Source of the DNA: Gammaproteobacteria bacterium
GTDB taxonomy: Bacteria > Pseudomonadota > Gammaproteobacteria > UBA4575
Direction of reading: 5' to 3'
DNA length: 64,000 nt
NCBI GenBank assembly: GCA_965221955.1
Contig: CBDCTA010000014.1
Location: 8,342 to 72,341, forward strand
Below the pieces are notes generated by a model. It did no database searches. It had not been told where the DNA came from and saw only the letters and a program-made list of their open reading frames with translations. A program made the translations under genes and the position numbers. Below are positions 63,232 to 64,000 of the stretch, in pieces (the stretch's first letter is position 1; every line of letters begins with the position of its first letter).

Positions 63232-63628
63232 TGAGACAAAATAATTCAACTCGAATTAATCCCTTGGGGATGGCTGGCATTATTTACTTCATTTGGAACC
63301 CTGCTTTGTTGTGCATTACCGATACTATTAGTGACGTTAGGTTTTGGTGCAGTAGTCGCATCGATAACGTATCAACTTTCATGGCTGGTGACACTATCTG
63401 AAAATAAACTTTGGTTATTTAGCATATCTGGTTTTTTTCTAGCTGCTTGCATTTGGGCGCTTTGGCGACAATCAATCACTTGTCCAACGGATCCCACTCT
63501 TGCTTTACGCTGTCAACAAGCCAAACGTTGGAATCAACGATTATTTTTTTGGTGCGTTAATTCTTTGGAGTATCGGATTTATTGCAGCTTTTTTACTACT
63601 CCCATTACGAAATACACTTAGCTGGTAA
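63231..63628 (+). pseudogene. MerT-like metal transporter with two +1 homopolymer frameshifts (possibly sequencing errors)
   Basis: Reconstructs to ..FTSFGTLLCCALPILLVTLG..CPTDPTLALRC..ALILWSIGFIAAFLL; extra bases in G4 (63266-63269) and T7 (63544-63550). Confidence 0.7.
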
Positions 63629-63639
63629 AGGGTGAACTA

Positions 63640-63930
63640 ATGAAACAATTTCTAACATTCTTTGTACTGTTTGTATTTAGTTATTCCATTCATGCATCGG
63701 AGGTCATTGAAATTGATGTTCATGGTATGACCTGCTCATTTTGTTCTAATGGATTACACCGTTCACTAAATAAGTTACCTGAAATAAATTCAGTAAAAGT
63801 CAGTCTAAAGCATAAAAAAGTACAAGTCGTATCAGATTCACAGAACATAGATATAGAACAAATCAAACAGGCGATCATTGATTCTGGTTTCACACCTGGA
63901 CCGATATACCGAAACATAAATGTTGACTAG
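63640..63930 (+). CDS. Exported HMA-domain (MerP-like) metal-binding protein
   Basis: Signal peptide and GMTCSFC. Confidence 0.88.
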   Translation: MKQFLTFFVLFVFSYSIHASEVIEIDVHGMTCSFCSNGLHRSLNKLPEINSVKVSLKHKKVQVVSDSQNIDIEQIKQAIIDSGFTPGPIYRNINVD

Positions 63931-64000
63931 TGTTTCATGTAGACTGCTTCTTGTCTGTCTAGTTCTTAATCCTACATTCACGCAAGCAATGGGGTTACGT

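Larger units (their letters stand above)
42098..64000. mobile_element. Decayed accessory metal/metalloid island next to tRNA-Pro (right end not visible)
   Basis: Abrupt change from core to accessory genes, long AT-rich gaps, IS and methylase remnants; no integrase seen. Confidence 0.6.

Noticed and set aside
1-64000. CRISPR array or cas genes
   Set aside because: No regularly spaced direct repeats and no Cas-like ORFs seen

Overview
AT-rich gammaproteobacterial chromosome segment in two parts. (1) 1-42.1 kb is core genome: RDD, xerD-dsbC, a lone AddA/RecB-like helicase-nuclease, parE-parC, htpX, fimX/fimW-like genes, epmB-efp-epmA, psd, SCO, aroC, leuCDB-asd-fimV-truA-trpFBA-accD-folC-dedD-cvpA-purF, an L,D-transpeptidase, a DUF455 ferritin-like gene, lpxH, a cyclophilin and tRNA-Pro(TGG). 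Its intergenic spaces hold several small palindromic elements and a duplicated parE 3' end. (2) From tRNA-Pro to the window end lies a partly decayed accessory metal/metalloid island with no integrase in view. It carries arsR divergent from an AlkB/XylM-type di-iron monooxygenase plus arsM, an IS30-like remnant, receiver-domain and ParB-methylase pseudogenes, ppk2 with an FNR-like box, a two-component system next to Met/His-rich exported paralogs, a long CueR-type operon (DUF2933, ICMT-family, cytochrome c, Cu(I) P1B-ATPase with non-canonical SDHC metal-binding domains, orphan Rieske protein, thioredoxin-like, APC permease, DUF547) and a second MerR module (GDCCVxC, MerT-like, MerP-like). Best candidates for an undescribed system are the monooxygenase-arsM pair and the copper operon with its redox module. 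A frameshift in essential accD suggests some indels are sequencing errors. All assignments come from motif recognition by eye; no searches were run.
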